A DNA stretch of 64,000 nt, from positions 32,001-96,000 of the forward strand of contig JBQLZK010000016.1 of NCBI GenBank assembly GCA_052168235.1, in the 5' to 3' direction. This stretch comes from Thainema sp. Lineage in GTDB: Bacteria > Cyanobacteriota > Cyanobacteriia > Phormidesmidales > Phormidesmidaceae. The position numbers and the translations under genes were made by a program. Position 1 is the stretch's first letter. Every line of letters begins with the position of its first letter. Shown piece by piece: positions 41,201-50,806 of the stretch. The notes under the pieces are model-generated. The model saw only the letters and a program-made list of their open reading frames with translations, did no database searches and was not told the origin of the DNA.

Positions 41201-42255
41201 ATATTTTTGCCGACACGGCTGTGGGGCAGCAGTATCGCCAGCCCTACACCGTCGCGCAAAGCTCTGGCGTCTTGGGATTACAAGAGGCAGACAGCTACAG
41301 CATTGGCCTTGACTACACCGATGACCCCGATTTCAAAGCCAGTGCGCGATTCGAGCATCGCGATTCTGAAGCGGGCGACAATACGGTTTGGTATGCGGCG
41401 GCAGCCGGACGCTTGACGCCGGAACTGACGGTGCTGGCCCGCTATCAGCAGTCAAATTTCTCCAACCAAATTCTGACCGGACTGCTGAGCGATACGTCCA
41501 CGCTGCGGGTCGGGTTAGCCTACCGCGATCCGGACAGTGACGCATTCAACGCCTTACTGCGCTACGACTATCGGCGCAATCCGGGTACCACACCTGATTC
41601 GATTTTGGTGGATTCCGGTCGCGGTTCAGAGGATCACACCTTCGGGCTAGAGGCCATCTATGCACCGACCTGGCGCTGGGAGTTCTATGGCAAGTATGCC
41701 CTGCGCTACACCAACTCGTTTATCGCCGATGATTTGACCGTTTCCAATGCAATCCATCTGGCGCAGGGTCGGGTGGCCTATCGCCTGGGCTATCGCTGGG
41801 ATGTAGCGGGCGACATGCGCTGGATTGGTCAAACCGATTCGGGCTTTAACGAAACCGGATTTGCGCTAGAGCTGGGTTACTATGTGACCCCTGACTTACG
41901 ACTGGGCGTTGGCTATAGCTTTGGTGCAGTCGATGATGATGGTTTCGAAGGCTATCGCTCCGATGGTGGGCCGTATCTGGCGGTCAATCTGAAGGTGAAT
42001 GAGCTGCTACAGCGCTTTGGCGCACCGGATATTTCACCGGAACAGCTTCAGGAAACGGCGATTGAGGCCGATGCCAATGTGGCGGATGGGGCGGATGAGG
42101 ATGAAGCCGATGTCTCCGCCGAGGCAGAACCCATAGATGTCAGTTCATCAGCGGCTGGATCGGCGGCTGATGCCCTGGCGTTTGCGTCTCATTCAGGACT
42201 AGAAGCTGATTTGGAGTCAAAGCAGGCACTCAAACTTGGGCTAGGGGAGGAGTAA
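38266..42255 (+). CDS. Large predicted outer-membrane beta-barrel protein with periplasmic Ig-like N-terminal part
   Basis: Signal peptide (ASAQ) and a long series of amphipathic strands with aromatic ends (e.g. LRLNLGYE, WEFYGKYALR, LELGYY..PDLRLGVGYSFG). Start overlaps the upstream stop (TAATG). Confidence 0.75.
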   Translation: MRYLMNVKLGLWLLSSILAIFGSLSAASAQEVASGSAEPPRLSDWKNEAEASNTAEDLLRSRQITPSEPLPAEATFSTTTEELGFDPAEEEGFHLSTTDEVEPQTAQPVLVPHPATNLFDQETGGRVLFPVGEQATPANRQRDITGSSTGTGIGNSTSNNDLFEAPFNNALPGSSDPWGAGVDEITGERFRRPDAGVSEPTAYEGLFDLPDNPVLPAPAAPGGEDEGFRIEVYPIGLGRAIANGRSLVELEGIVLGPDGSLVLEPVIVTLTATAGEFPGADQEPDRPGFQVVARQGRFVAGLQSSLDAQQVRVRAAIARNDLLDALELDEEEFRELYEDDRFGTGLYENEYATPTAVAPGLEAFTQVEFVTELRPTLLAGTVNLRIGEAGTDYWGSFREFLNPDELDDGVAFDLSSAVFGIGSIGEWQFLAAYNSERTLNETCDGGDRLFRDTQFCEDQYPVYGDSSTVDTLTPSQDSLFIRFQRDSLTPGAEPDFFMWGDYGTSEFSRASQLFTATSRNLHGFKANYSLGNLQLTALYADNVDGFQRDTIPPDGTSGYYFVSRRLVIPGSEQVFIEFEELGRPGVVVERERLQRGPDYEIDYDRGAIMFRDPIQATEFDIFGNSLVRRIVVTYQYEGGGGGDSDLIAGRLQYNLAYGFDRPSWVGVSYLNEDQGDQDFELFGFDFLLPIGDVAFIEGEYAHSDHTSLTFGDVSGNAYRLEASANFNEVIALRAYYRTVDETFANDSTFSFTPGQTRIGGALSAAVTSTTRVNLQYDFEENFGIAPLVITDLDTLLNPGLQPIPGSAVDNTLSTFRVGVQQEIGRAIFNLSYVDRDRNDRTRPDSSLDTNSSQLVSQLTVPLAERLTFQALNALSLSDGDDPLYPDRTALGLNWAAFPGVNLRLTQQFLYGDSFDDTSITSLDTVIEQELDENTTLRNRYSIIGGVNGIRAQSALGLNHAWVVAPGLRLNLGYERISGDIFADTAVGQQYRQPYTVAQSSGVLGLQEADSYSIGLDYTDDPDFKASARFEHRDSEAGDNTVWYAAAAGRLTPELTVLARYQQSNFSNQILTGLLSDTSTLRVGLAYRDPDSDAFNALLRYDYRRNPGTTPDSILVDSGRGSEDHTFGLEAIYAPTWRWEFYGKYALRYTNSFIADDLTVSNAIHLAQGRVAYRLGYRWDVAGDMRWIGQTDSGFNETGFALELGYYVTPDLRLGVGYSFGAVDDDGFEGYRSDGGPYLAVNLKVNELLQRFGAPDISPEQLQETAIEADANVADGADEDEADVSAEAEPIDVSSSAAGSAADALAFASHSGLEADLESKQALKLGLGEE

Positions 42256-42264
42256 AGGATCAGC

Positions 42265-44400
42265 ATGAACTCAAAGGCATCGATATCGAAGCGCAAAGTT
42301 AGCATTCATTCCCTAGGCTGGGCCGTTGTACCCACTCTGCTGCTGACCGCCAGTCCAACGCTGAGTCAGGCTGATGCGGATTCAGAGTCCGCCGCAGTCG
42401 AAACCGTTCCGGTGCAGGCAATTGTCAGCAGCGATCAGGATACGGTAGCACCCGATAGTGGTTTGACGCTGCGTGAAGCAATTCTCTTGGCCAACGGTGA
42501 ACTTGCGATCGCAGATCTGAGTCCCGCCGAACAGGCCCAAGTTGAAGCATTAGCTCCCAGCGCTACTTCGCAGATTGGCTTTAATTTACCTACCGATCAA
42601 ACCGTCATTCAGCTTCAGGAAATGCTGCCGCCGTTAGCCTCGCCTGGACTCGTACTGGATGGTACAACGCAAGCGGGGTATGACGCCGAGACCTCTGCGA
42701 TCGCAGAAGTGGATATGCCGATTCCACTAGTCAGCATTACGCCTGCGGCAGGTCAGGAGGTACTGCGGGGGTTAACCATTGTGGCCGATGGCATCACAGT
42801 TAGAGGATTGAGCCTCTACGGCTTCACCTCCACGATTGGCCGCACCGCAACCACGCCACCCGCTGATATCTTCATCGCTCACCCCGATCCCCCGCCCGAC
42901 ACTAGCGATCAGCAGCCTCCGGCCCGGTCGTTTGCGTTCATTAATGAGCGAGACACCCCGCCCCAGGACGTCACCATTGAAAATAACTGGCTGGGCATTA
43001 TGGCCGATGGTGATTTCCCAGCTCAACCGTCTTCGTTTGGTGTTTACGTCTTCAACAGCCAGGGCGCAACCATCCGCAATAACTTTATCGCCAACCACGA
43101 AGGCAGCGGCATTATCACCTCCGTACGGGCGCAAAACATGGAGGTGATCAACAACGCCATTGTCGGCAACGGGATCGCTGGCATGCCCGACGGCATTCGC
43201 TTGGAAGGTGACATCAGCGACTCGCTAATTCAGGGCAACGTGATTTGCGGCAGCGATGGCAGCGGTATCTATGCCTTCAAGCCCGATGGTTCCGTGGAGA
43301 TTCGCGAAAACGACATCAAGTACAACGGTCGCCGCCTGCGTCGCGCTGCCGTATATCTAATGGGCGACAATCACCAGGTTTTAAATAATGCGATTACCTA
43401 TCAGACAGGTTCCGGAGTTGCGATCGCAGCCTACCCACCCAGCATCGGCAATATTATTCAGGGCAACCAGTTCCTCGGCAATGAGGGCCTGAGTATTGAC
43501 CTGGTCATGTTTAACGCCACGGGTGTGCAGGAATACGCCTGGGGCGACGGCCCCAATCCGCCGCGTAATTCGGTAAACCGCCGTCAGGACACAGGCAATG
43601 CCGCTATTAATTCGCCTCAGCTACAGCTCGATGAGGCAGCGGCAGCAGGTGGCTTAGTGACACTGCAAGGGGAAGCCGCACCGGATGCTGATGTCGTGAT
43701 TTACCGCGTTGCGCCTGCCTTTGATCCACCGACTAACCGCTTTCCCGGCTATGGCGATCTGCTAGAGCCAATTGCCTCTGTAAAAGCGGATGCTGATGGT
43801 TTATTTTCCACTACAGCGGAACTGGAACCAGGCGATCTGATTAGCGCGATCGCAACCCTGCCCGAATATGGCACCTCAGAACCCTCGCCCTTTGTCGCCA
43901 TCGGCAATGCGGGAACTCCCGTGCCAGCCACACCCGAGATTCCTCAGTGCGTCACAGCCCCTGCGCCTGAGCCTGAACCACCCCCGGCTCCCGAACCGCT
44001 GGTGCTCAACGTGCCGCGCAATGTCCACTTTGCCCTCGATCAAGCCACTCTCAGCACGGAAAGTCAGGCCGTGCTGGACGAAATCGCGGCAGTCCTGCTG
44101 GAATATCCGTTTATTACGGTTGAACTGCAAGGCCACACCGATCCGCGAGCCAGCTATCAGTACAACTTGGATCTCTCCAACCGTCGCGCTCTGGCTGTCC
44201 GTAATTACCTCCTGTCCCAAGGCGTCGCCAACGAGCGGATGACGATTCGCGCCCTCAGTGAATCGCAGCGCGCCACTACGGGTGATAGCGTGGTCGATTA
44301 CGCCCGCGATCGCAGAGTCGAAGTCATCTTCCGCGACCTGCGCGGCCTTGATATTGTCTTTGAGCGCCAAGAAGGCGACCTGCAAATTGAAGGTCGATAG
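42265..44400 (+). CDS. Right-handed beta-helix protein with C-terminal OmpA-like peptidoglycan-binding domain
   Basis: LTLREAI, repeats I.NN.I..N..GI, Pro-rich linker, then VHFALD, LQGHTD, NLDLSNRRA and DRRVE. Confidence 0.85.
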   Translation: MNSKASISKRKVSIHSLGWAVVPTLLLTASPTLSQADADSESAAVETVPVQAIVSSDQDTVAPDSGLTLREAILLANGELAIADLSPAEQAQVEALAPSATSQIGFNLPTDQTVIQLQEMLPPLASPGLVLDGTTQAGYDAETSAIAEVDMPIPLVSITPAAGQEVLRGLTIVADGITVRGLSLYGFTSTIGRTATTPPADIFIAHPDPPPDTSDQQPPARSFAFINERDTPPQDVTIENNWLGIMADGDFPAQPSSFGVYVFNSQGATIRNNFIANHEGSGIITSVRAQNMEVINNAIVGNGIAGMPDGIRLEGDISDSLIQGNVICGSDGSGIYAFKPDGSVEIRENDIKYNGRRLRRAAVYLMGDNHQVLNNAITYQTGSGVAIAAYPPSIGNIIQGNQFLGNEGLSIDLVMFNATGVQEYAWGDGPNPPRNSVNRRQDTGNAAINSPQLQLDEAAAAGGLVTLQGEAAPDADVVIYRVAPAFDPPTNRFPGYGDLLEPIASVKADADGLFSTTAELEPGDLISAIATLPEYGTSEPSPFVAIGNAGTPVPATPEIPQCVTAPAPEPEPPPAPEPLVLNVPRNVHFALDQATLSTESQAVLDEIAAVLLEYPFITVELQGHTDPRASYQYNLDLSNRRALAVRNYLLSQGVANERMTIRALSESQRATTGDSVVDYARDRRVEVIFRDLRGLDIVFERQEGDLQIEGR

Positions 44401-44481
44401 AGTTGCGCGTACTAGCACTTTATTTCGCTGTTCTCTTAAGTCTCAAGTCTCTAGTTTCTAAATCTGAATTGGATTGAACTC

Positions 44482-47400
44482 ATGGGTTTGCCATTCCGAA
44501 CGTCACAACTCGCATCTATTGCGTCACAGCCGTCTTCGACCCGCCAGCGTAGCTCATTCTCATTACACAAGACGACGAGCCGTTCTGGTCGATTTAGCTG
44601 GTCGCGCTTTCTACGCAGTCTTGTACTCGTTGTGATTTTTGCGATCGCAACGTTTGGCTATGCACCTCCATCCCGTGCTCAGGCTACAGCTCCATTCAAT
44701 TGTGATGGAACGTTATACATTACGAACGCTTCAACCGATCAAGATCCAACTCGTTTAGATTTCTTAGATACTAGCGGCGATTTTGACATCGATCCCGTTT
44801 TGAATCAAACGCCACCTTCATTTACTTATAACGCAGCTGGTTTCCGTCCCCAAGATGGCTTTATCTATGCCATTCGACCCAATAACCGGGGCCTTCCTGC
44901 CCCTGCTGCTGCTACACAACCTCGCTCAACTATCTATCGAATTGATAGCACGGGTGCAGTAACCCCACTAGGCGTACCACCAGGCATCACTAATGCCGAT
45001 TATTTTGCTGGGGATGTTGGACCAAACGGTACGCTTTACGTCTATGCTCCGGTTCAGATCACAGCAGGCAGTGCACCATCAGGATTATTAACAGAAATAG
45101 ATGTAACGACAGCTCCGCCAACTGTAATCGACTCTTTTACGGTTCAACGTACGGATAACAGCAATGTCCCAGAACTATTCGATGTTGCCTTCAACCCTGA
45201 AGATGGTCAACTTTATGGTTTTGATCGGCAAGAAGGCGATATTGTCCGAATTGATGTCAATACTCCGATAGCTCCTGGCGTACTTGGTGCAGTGCCACTT
45301 GCCGCAACTGGTAATGCCCCCGGTACAGAAATTGTTGGAGGAACATTTTTTGATGCCTTCGGACGGATATTTCTCTATGCAAATAATGGCCAACTCTACA
45401 GAGGGCAAGTTGAGCCTGGCAACAACTTCATTCAATTTGAATTACTTTCTAGTCCACCAGGGGTCGGCAATAACGATGGTGCATCTTGTCCTTATGCCCC
45501 TCTAGTTGAGAAAACAGCATCCAGTACTGTTGTACAAGCTGGAGACATTGTCACTTATACATACAGCTTTACAAACTCTAATTTTGTTGACTTACAGAAC
45601 GTCACATTCACTGATACGCTGCTGACAAATGGTGCGACAGACGGTCGGACATTCGTTCCAGGATCGCTGCAAACTATCAGCGGCAATATCTTAAATGGCA
45701 CAACGACAAACAACTATGGTGTGGGTGCCGATGCCAATAATCTTGTGATTAACGGCATTACTCTATCTCCTGGCACAACGGGTGCGTTTTCGGTAGATGT
45801 GCAAATTGCTCCTGGCACACCAGCAGGTACCTTCGAAAATCAAGCTGTTGTTGAAACAACAACGGCTACTATCATTCCGCCTGGTGGTGGCCCACCGACG
45901 CAAATCAATCCTCGAATCGTAGCCCGAACCGACAATCCGAACACACCCGATAATTTTCCAGACCCCACCCCAATTGACACAACACCCTCTGCAACGGGGG
46001 CAATCGGTATTGCCAAACGGGCTGGTCAACCTGCGGTTAACAGCGACGGTACGATTGATATTCAGTACTCGCTGATCGTTGAGAACTTGGGATCAGTCAC
46101 GGTCAACAATGTCCAAATTACGGAAGACTTTACCCAAGAAACCTTTATCTCTCCAGCCACGTTTGAGATTATTCAGTCTCCTCGAAGTGTGGATGGATTA
46201 ACTCCGAATCCGAATTTTGCTGGAACACCGGCTAATCCAAACCTGCTGCAAGGTAATGACTCATTAGCCCCTGGAGAGATTGGTTCTGTTTTCTTCATTG
46301 TGCGGGTCACACCCAATGGTAATTATGGCCCCTACAACAATACTGCGATCGCAACTGGCACCGATCCGAGTGGTAATCCAGTTACCGATCAATCAAACGA
46401 TGGACAAGAGCCAGACCCCAATAACAACGGTAATCCTGGCGATCCAAATGAGAATACACCGACTGTTGTTACGCCACAGATTGCAGACTTAGCAGTTGAA
46501 AAAGGAGTCGACAATCCAGATCCCAACATTGGCGATACGATTACCTACACCATTACCCTGCGTAACTTGGGGCCAAGTGATACAACCAACGTCACGGTTC
46601 AAGAAGACCTGCCCGCTGGTTTTACGGCAACCGCTCCGGCGGGGACAACCTACAATGCAGCAACGGGAGTATGGTCTGTTCCAGATCTAGATGCAGGTCA
46701 GTTTGTTGTCCTAACCCTCCAGGGAACCTTCGACGGTACGCCGTTTGAAAATGTCGCTGAAATTACAGGTTCGAGTGTGCCTGACCCGAATCTAGCCAAC
46801 AACATATCAAGGGTTCAAGTTCCATCTGTAACCGCAGATTTATCGTTGGAAAAAACGCTAGTTGATACCGACGAAATTGCAGTTGGCGATGTGATTACCT
46901 TTGAGATTGAGCTGACTAACAGTGGCCCTGATACGGCAACTAATATTCAAATTGCCGATGATTTTCCAGATGGATTTGAGTTTGTCGAAGCTCGACCAGC
47001 GACAGGAACCTACGATGAAACAACCAATATTTGGTCAATTGCCAGTTTGGCTAGCGGAGAAAGCACCTCTCTACTATTAACTGGCCGACTCACGGCTGAT
47101 TCTGTCACCAACGTGGCCGAAGTTTCGAGTGTTGACCAAACGGATCCGGATTCGACACCGAATAACCGCGATCCGAATGAGGATGATTACGGCACGATTA
47201 CTGTTAGTATTTCGCCTGATTTGATTTTGCAGAAGCGAATTACAGCGCTGGTTCAAGATGGGGCGGTAACTCGCTTTACTCAACCCGTCGCTAATCCGGT
47301 GCGGCCTGGATTTGTGGGTGAGGTGTCGTTACCTCCATCGGCTCAAGTCACCAGTCAAGACGTGGTGGAATACACCATCTATTACTTGGCGAGTGGCACA

Positions 47401-47667
47401 ACGGCTAATAATGTCCAGATTTGCGACGCCATTCCCGTTGGAACCTCCTATGTTGCTAACACTCTGTCAACCGCATCGGGGACTGCAAATCCCACTCAGC
47501 TCAGCGATGCTAATGATGGAGATGGAGGACAGTTTTTGCCTGAGTTAACGCCTGCACCTCAGCCTTGTGCAAATAGCATGAATCCCAATGGTTCGGTACT
47601 AGTTAATGTCGGTAATATTCCAGCCGGACAATCTGGGTTTATTCGGTTTAGCAGCCAAGTTGATTAA
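44482..47667 (+). CDS. Secreted adhesin-like protein: DUF6923-like propeller plus about five DUF11 repeats
   Basis: Signal ending SRAQ; FNCDGTLY...NNDGASCP; repeats VEKTAS..GDIVTYT, IAKRA, DLAVEKGV..GDTITYTI, DLSLEKTL..GDVITFEI and DLILQKRI. Confidence 0.85.
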   Translation: MGLPFRTSQLASIASQPSSTRQRSSFSLHKTTSRSGRFSWSRFLRSLVLVVIFAIATFGYAPPSRAQATAPFNCDGTLYITNASTDQDPTRLDFLDTSGDFDIDPVLNQTPPSFTYNAAGFRPQDGFIYAIRPNNRGLPAPAAATQPRSTIYRIDSTGAVTPLGVPPGITNADYFAGDVGPNGTLYVYAPVQITAGSAPSGLLTEIDVTTAPPTVIDSFTVQRTDNSNVPELFDVAFNPEDGQLYGFDRQEGDIVRIDVNTPIAPGVLGAVPLAATGNAPGTEIVGGTFFDAFGRIFLYANNGQLYRGQVEPGNNFIQFELLSSPPGVGNNDGASCPYAPLVEKTASSTVVQAGDIVTYTYSFTNSNFVDLQNVTFTDTLLTNGATDGRTFVPGSLQTISGNILNGTTTNNYGVGADANNLVINGITLSPGTTGAFSVDVQIAPGTPAGTFENQAVVETTTATIIPPGGGPPTQINPRIVARTDNPNTPDNFPDPTPIDTTPSATGAIGIAKRAGQPAVNSDGTIDIQYSLIVENLGSVTVNNVQITEDFTQETFISPATFEIIQSPRSVDGLTPNPNFAGTPANPNLLQGNDSLAPGEIGSVFFIVRVTPNGNYGPYNNTAIATGTDPSGNPVTDQSNDGQEPDPNNNGNPGDPNENTPTVVTPQIADLAVEKGVDNPDPNIGDTITYTITLRNLGPSDTTNVTVQEDLPAGFTATAPAGTTYNAATGVWSVPDLDAGQFVVLTLQGTFDGTPFENVAEITGSSVPDPNLANNISRVQVPSVTADLSLEKTLVDTDEIAVGDVITFEIELTNSGPDTATNIQIADDFPDGFEFVEARPATGTYDETTNIWSIASLASGESTSLLLTGRLTADSVTNVAEVSSVDQTDPDSTPNNRDPNEDDYGTITVSISPDLILQKRITALVQDGAVTRFTQPVANPVRPGFVGEVSLPPSAQVTSQDVVEYTIYYLASGTTANNVQICDAIPVGTSYVANTLSTASGTANPTQLSDANDGDGGQFLPELTPAPQPCANSMNPNGSVLVNVGNIPAGQSGFIRFSSQVD

Positions 47668-47684
47668 GTTCAGCAGCTAAACAC

Positions 47685-47719
47685 CACAAAAGGGGAGCAC
47701 TTGGTGCTCCCCTTTTGTG
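47685..47719. terminator. Bidirectional terminator ending the DUF11 operon
   Basis: CACAAAAGGGGAGCAC-ttg-GTGCTCCCCTTTTGTG. Confidence 0.75.
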
Positions 47720-47776
47720 ATCGATCTAATCATGCCATCGCCATAATTTTTTGGGTCATCTGGTCGAGGCATCAGC

Positions 47777-49225
47777 TCAGCAGTTTTGGGTGCGGATCTG
47801 TTTCAGCAAGTCATAAAACGGCTGCCAGTTGTCGTCTACCGCAATCGGTTCCCAAACCGCTTCAATTTCTGGACGAACTAAAACAGTCATTGGATTATGA
47901 CGTTTGAGTCGCTGTGCTACCTCATCCATTTCATCATTTGTAAGATGGGCGAGACAGTGCTGATAGAGCAAACGCCACTGGGCGAGGCATTGAGCCGCCT
48001 CTGGATCAGACTGTTCCATCACAGCAGGGAAGATCGACTGTGCATCCTCACGCCACTGGGGCAAAAACTGCTGACGGAGCTGAGCAAAAAACTCGTGGTA
48101 GCCCACTTCCGTTTCACTTAGCAGCCGCAGTATCGATTCGAGCAGTTCATCGGCCATTTCAATCGGCAGATGGTCGTAGCCCAAGTCGCCAAAGCCTAGA
48201 CGGTTCAGCATTCGCTGTCGGTAGGTGGCGCGATATCGATCCTCGTAACCTTCCAGTCCAGCCTCTAGATTGGCGGCTGGAATCACCATTTTGAGCGGGA
48301 TTTGCAGCTTCTCCAGGTTCCATCGGCACATCAGCGGCTGATTGCCGTAGCGATAGCGCCCCATGTAGTCAAAATAAGCCGCAGTAAAGCGCGGGTCATA
48401 GGTATTAATAAACGCATAGGGGCCGTAGTCAAAGCTTTCGCCCGTAATGGACATATTGTCTGTGTTTAGCACCGCATGGCAAAAGCCAACGGACATCCAC
48501 TGTGCGACTAAGTCGGCCATTCGCTCAACCAGTTCAGCGTAAAAGCGGGCATAGCAATCTGGATCGCCCAGTAAATGAGGATAGTACTGCTCAATTACGT
48601 GGTCGAGCAGAATTTGCACCAGGTCTTTGCGCCCGTAGTAGTGCAGCCGCTCAAATGTGCCAAAGCGGATGTGCGATCGCGAAAATCGCACCATGACTGA
48701 AGACCGAGTGGGCGAGGGTTCATCACCGCGCCAGAGGGATTCGCCCGTTTCGACCAAACTCAAACAGCGGGAGGTGCGTACGCCTTGATAGTGCAGCGCT
48801 TCGGCAGCGAGGACTTCTCGTACGCCGCCTTTCAGCGTCAAGCGCCCATCGGCAGTCCGTGAGTAGGGGGTGCGGCCAGAGCCCTTGGTGCCAAAGTCAT
48901 ACAGCTCGCCATCCATGCCGCGCACTTGACCATAAATGAAGCCCCGACCATCGCCCAGGAATGGGTTATATTCGCCAAACTGGTGGCCGTGATAGCGCAG
49001 CGCGAGAAAAGGACGAATCGCTTCGAATTTGCCAAACGCGCCGATAAAATGCTCGTCTGTGACTTGCTGTGGATCGAGACCAATTTGCGACAGTAGGTCA
49101 TCATTGCGAAAGCGCAACTGATGCTGCGGGAATTCTGCCGCGTCAACGATGTCATAGTAGTCATCGCCGAGAATTTCGAGCGCGGGTTCGTAGTCAAGCT
49201 GATGCAGAAAGGGATTGTGAGTCAT
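47777..49225 (-). CDS. selO: SelO/YdiU protein adenylyltransferase
   Basis: [35 protein letters not shown] and [20 protein letters not shown]. Confidence 0.92.
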   Translation of the reverse strand: MTHNPFLHQLDYEPALEILGDDYYDIVDAAEFPQHQLRFRNDDLLSQIGLDPQQVTDEHFIGAFGKFEAIRPFLALRYHGHQFGEYNPFLGDGRGFIYGQVRGMDGELYDFGTKGSGRTPYSRTADGRLTLKGGVREVLAAEALHYQGVRTSRCLSLVETGESLWRGDEPSPTRSSVMVRFSRSHIRFGTFERLHYYGRKDLVQILLDHVIEQYYPHLLGDPDCYARFYAELVERMADLVAQWMSVGFCHAVLNTDNMSITGESFDYGPYAFINTYDPRFTAAYFDYMGRYRYGNQPLMCRWNLEKLQIPLKMVIPAANLEAGLEGYEDRYRATYRQRMLNRLGFGDLGYDHLPIEMADELLESILRLLSETEVGYHEFFAQLRQQFLPQWREDAQSIFPAVMEQSDPEAAQCLAQWRLLYQHCLAHLTNDEMDEVAQRLKRHNPMTVLVRPEIEAVWEPIAVDDNWQPFYDLLKQIRTQNC

Positions 49226-49305
49226 AAAAGTTGTTTTAGATGTCTGGCCTTGGTAGCAGGGTTGTTGCATGTTTATCAGAGAAAATCTGAAAACATTGAC
49301 GTTAC

Positions 49306-49333
49306 GTAGGGGCGAATGGCCATTCGCCCCTAC
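49306..49333. repeat. 28-bp perfect palindrome, GTAG-type REP-like
   Basis: Identical to 14486-14513. Confidence 0.85.
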
Positions 49334-49403
49334 CAAGCACGTATAATTGAGGCTTTTGGATTTTCGTTTGTGATAATGAAATCTCTCTGCCCCTACAGGT
49401 GCG

Positions 49404-49453
49404 ATCGCATTCCATCAATCGCATTCCATCAACCGCATCACATCAATCGCATT
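49404..49453. repeat. 14-bp tandem repeat (about 3.5 units) starting inside a HIP1 site
   Basis: ATCGCATTCCATCA x2, ACCGCATCACATCA, ATCGCATT. Confidence 0.7.
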
Positions 49454-49456
49454 TAA

Positions 49457-49547
49457 TAGACTTTAATTGGAAATAAAGTTTTTGGGGTTGGAAATTGTTT
49501 TGTAGCGCGGCGAAGCCGCGCTACAAAACAATTTCCGATAAAGTCTA
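49457..49547. mobile_element. MITE-like element, copy 1 (TIR TAGACTTTA) with a 22-bp perfect hairpin
   Basis: TAGACTTTA...TAAAGTCTA. Arms 49490-49511 and 49515-49536 around GAA. Near-identical inverted copy at 55327-55416. Confidence 0.8.
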
Positions 49548-49565
49548 ATAAAACAGCCCTACAGC

Positions 49566-50747
49566 CTACGACTGAGAGAGCCGCTGTACTGATTTACCAC
49601 CAAGCAGTTGATCGGCTTCCATGAGCAGGGCGGGAATTTGGTCGGCGTGGGGGCTGCGGGCGAGGCAGTGGCTCAAATCCAACTGATGCACATTTTTAGC
49701 AGGTTGACCGGGAAACCAGTGGCCGCCATTGCCCAGCAGGTTGTAGCGCATCTGAGCGTATTCCGTCATGTCAAAGGCAAGGGCCAAATTTCGCAGCCAG
49801 AGAATGGCGGGAATATTGATGCCGTTGGGCGTATTTTCCGGGTCGGGTAAACCTCGATGCCAGCTGCGGAGCCAGTCGCGTCCCAAGGCTGAGATCGCAG
49901 TTTCTTCTAATCGTTCTAAAATCGGCGGCAATACCTGATCTACCTGATCTAAAAGCGGTACAGCCTTTAAGTGCTCATCAAAATCCGTGGGTCGGGCTGC
50001 GCCGACGCTGAGGGTGTGAACCTGGGGATGGCTGAGGCAGAACAGGTCGTTAAACACCATTGGGCTGAGCGGACGACAGAGATCTACCAGCTTTTGGGGC
50101 GGATTGTAGAGCTTGCCGCCTTTATCGGAAGGACTGATGATAAAAACGCCCATGTCGTGTTCCGTCGCGGCTGCGATCGCAGGCCAGTTGAACTGGTTGA
50201 TGTAGTACCAGTGCAGATTCACGTAGTCGAACTGATCGCTGCGAATCGCGTCCACAATCACTCGCGTGGGGCCGTGGGTGGAAAAGCCAATGTGTCGTAC
50301 TTTGCCCTCGGCCTGAAGCTGCCGCGCCACGTCGATGCAGCCGCCGGGACGCAGACTCCACTCTAGAATTTCATCCGTATTAATGCCGTGCAGTCCCAGG
50401 AGATCTACATAATCCAACCGCAAATTTTGCAGCGATTGCTCGAAGGTTTGGCGAAACTCTTTGGGATCAGGCTTAGGACTGACTTTGGTTTGAACGATGA
50501 TTTGATCCCTGGGAAACTTGGGCAGAATTTGACCGAGCTGAACTTCAGATGTGCCGTAGCCACGGGCGGTTTCGATATGGTTGATCCCGACCTCGAAAGC
50601 GCGGTAAATTGTCGCTTCTAGATTCTGCTGATTCTGCTTGGAAATCTGCCGACGGGGAACATCTTTCCATGAATGCTGGTAGCGCATCCCCCCACAGGAA
50701 AACACGGGCATCTGCAACTCCGTGCGGCCAAATCGTCGATACTGCAT
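49566..50747 (-). CDS. Aldo/keto reductase family protein
   Basis: MQYRRFGRTEL, GINHIETARGYGTSE, QTKV, YVDLLGLHG and IGFSTHG. Confidence 0.9.
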   Translation of the reverse strand: MQYRRFGRTELQMPVFSCGGMRYQHSWKDVPRRQISKQNQQNLEATIYRAFEVGINHIETARGYGTSEVQLGQILPKFPRDQIIVQTKVSPKPDPKEFRQTFEQSLQNLRLDYVDLLGLHGINTDEILEWSLRPGGCIDVARQLQAEGKVRHIGFSTHGPTRVIVDAIRSDQFDYVNLHWYYINQFNWPAIAAATEHDMGVFIISPSDKGGKLYNPPQKLVDLCRPLSPMVFNDLFCLSHPQVHTLSVGAARPTDFDEHLKAVPLLDQVDQVLPPILERLEETAISALGRDWLRSWHRGLPDPENTPNGINIPAILWLRNLALAFDMTEYAQMRYNLLGNGGHWFPGQPAKNVHQLDLSHCLARSPHADQIPALLMEADQLLGGKSVQRLSQS

Positions 50748-50806
50748 CATGAAGATTGGGTTCGTCTTTTAGGTTTCTTTACAGTGTAGACCGCAGACCC
50801 AATGCA

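Noticed and set aside
38266..42255. TonB-dependent receptor label
   Set aside because: No recognisable plug motif or C-terminal aromatic residue typical of TBDTs, and the context is DUF11/OmpA rather than uptake genes.
49404..49547. Possible CRISPR array
   Set aside because: Contiguous 14-bp units with no spacers and no cas genes.
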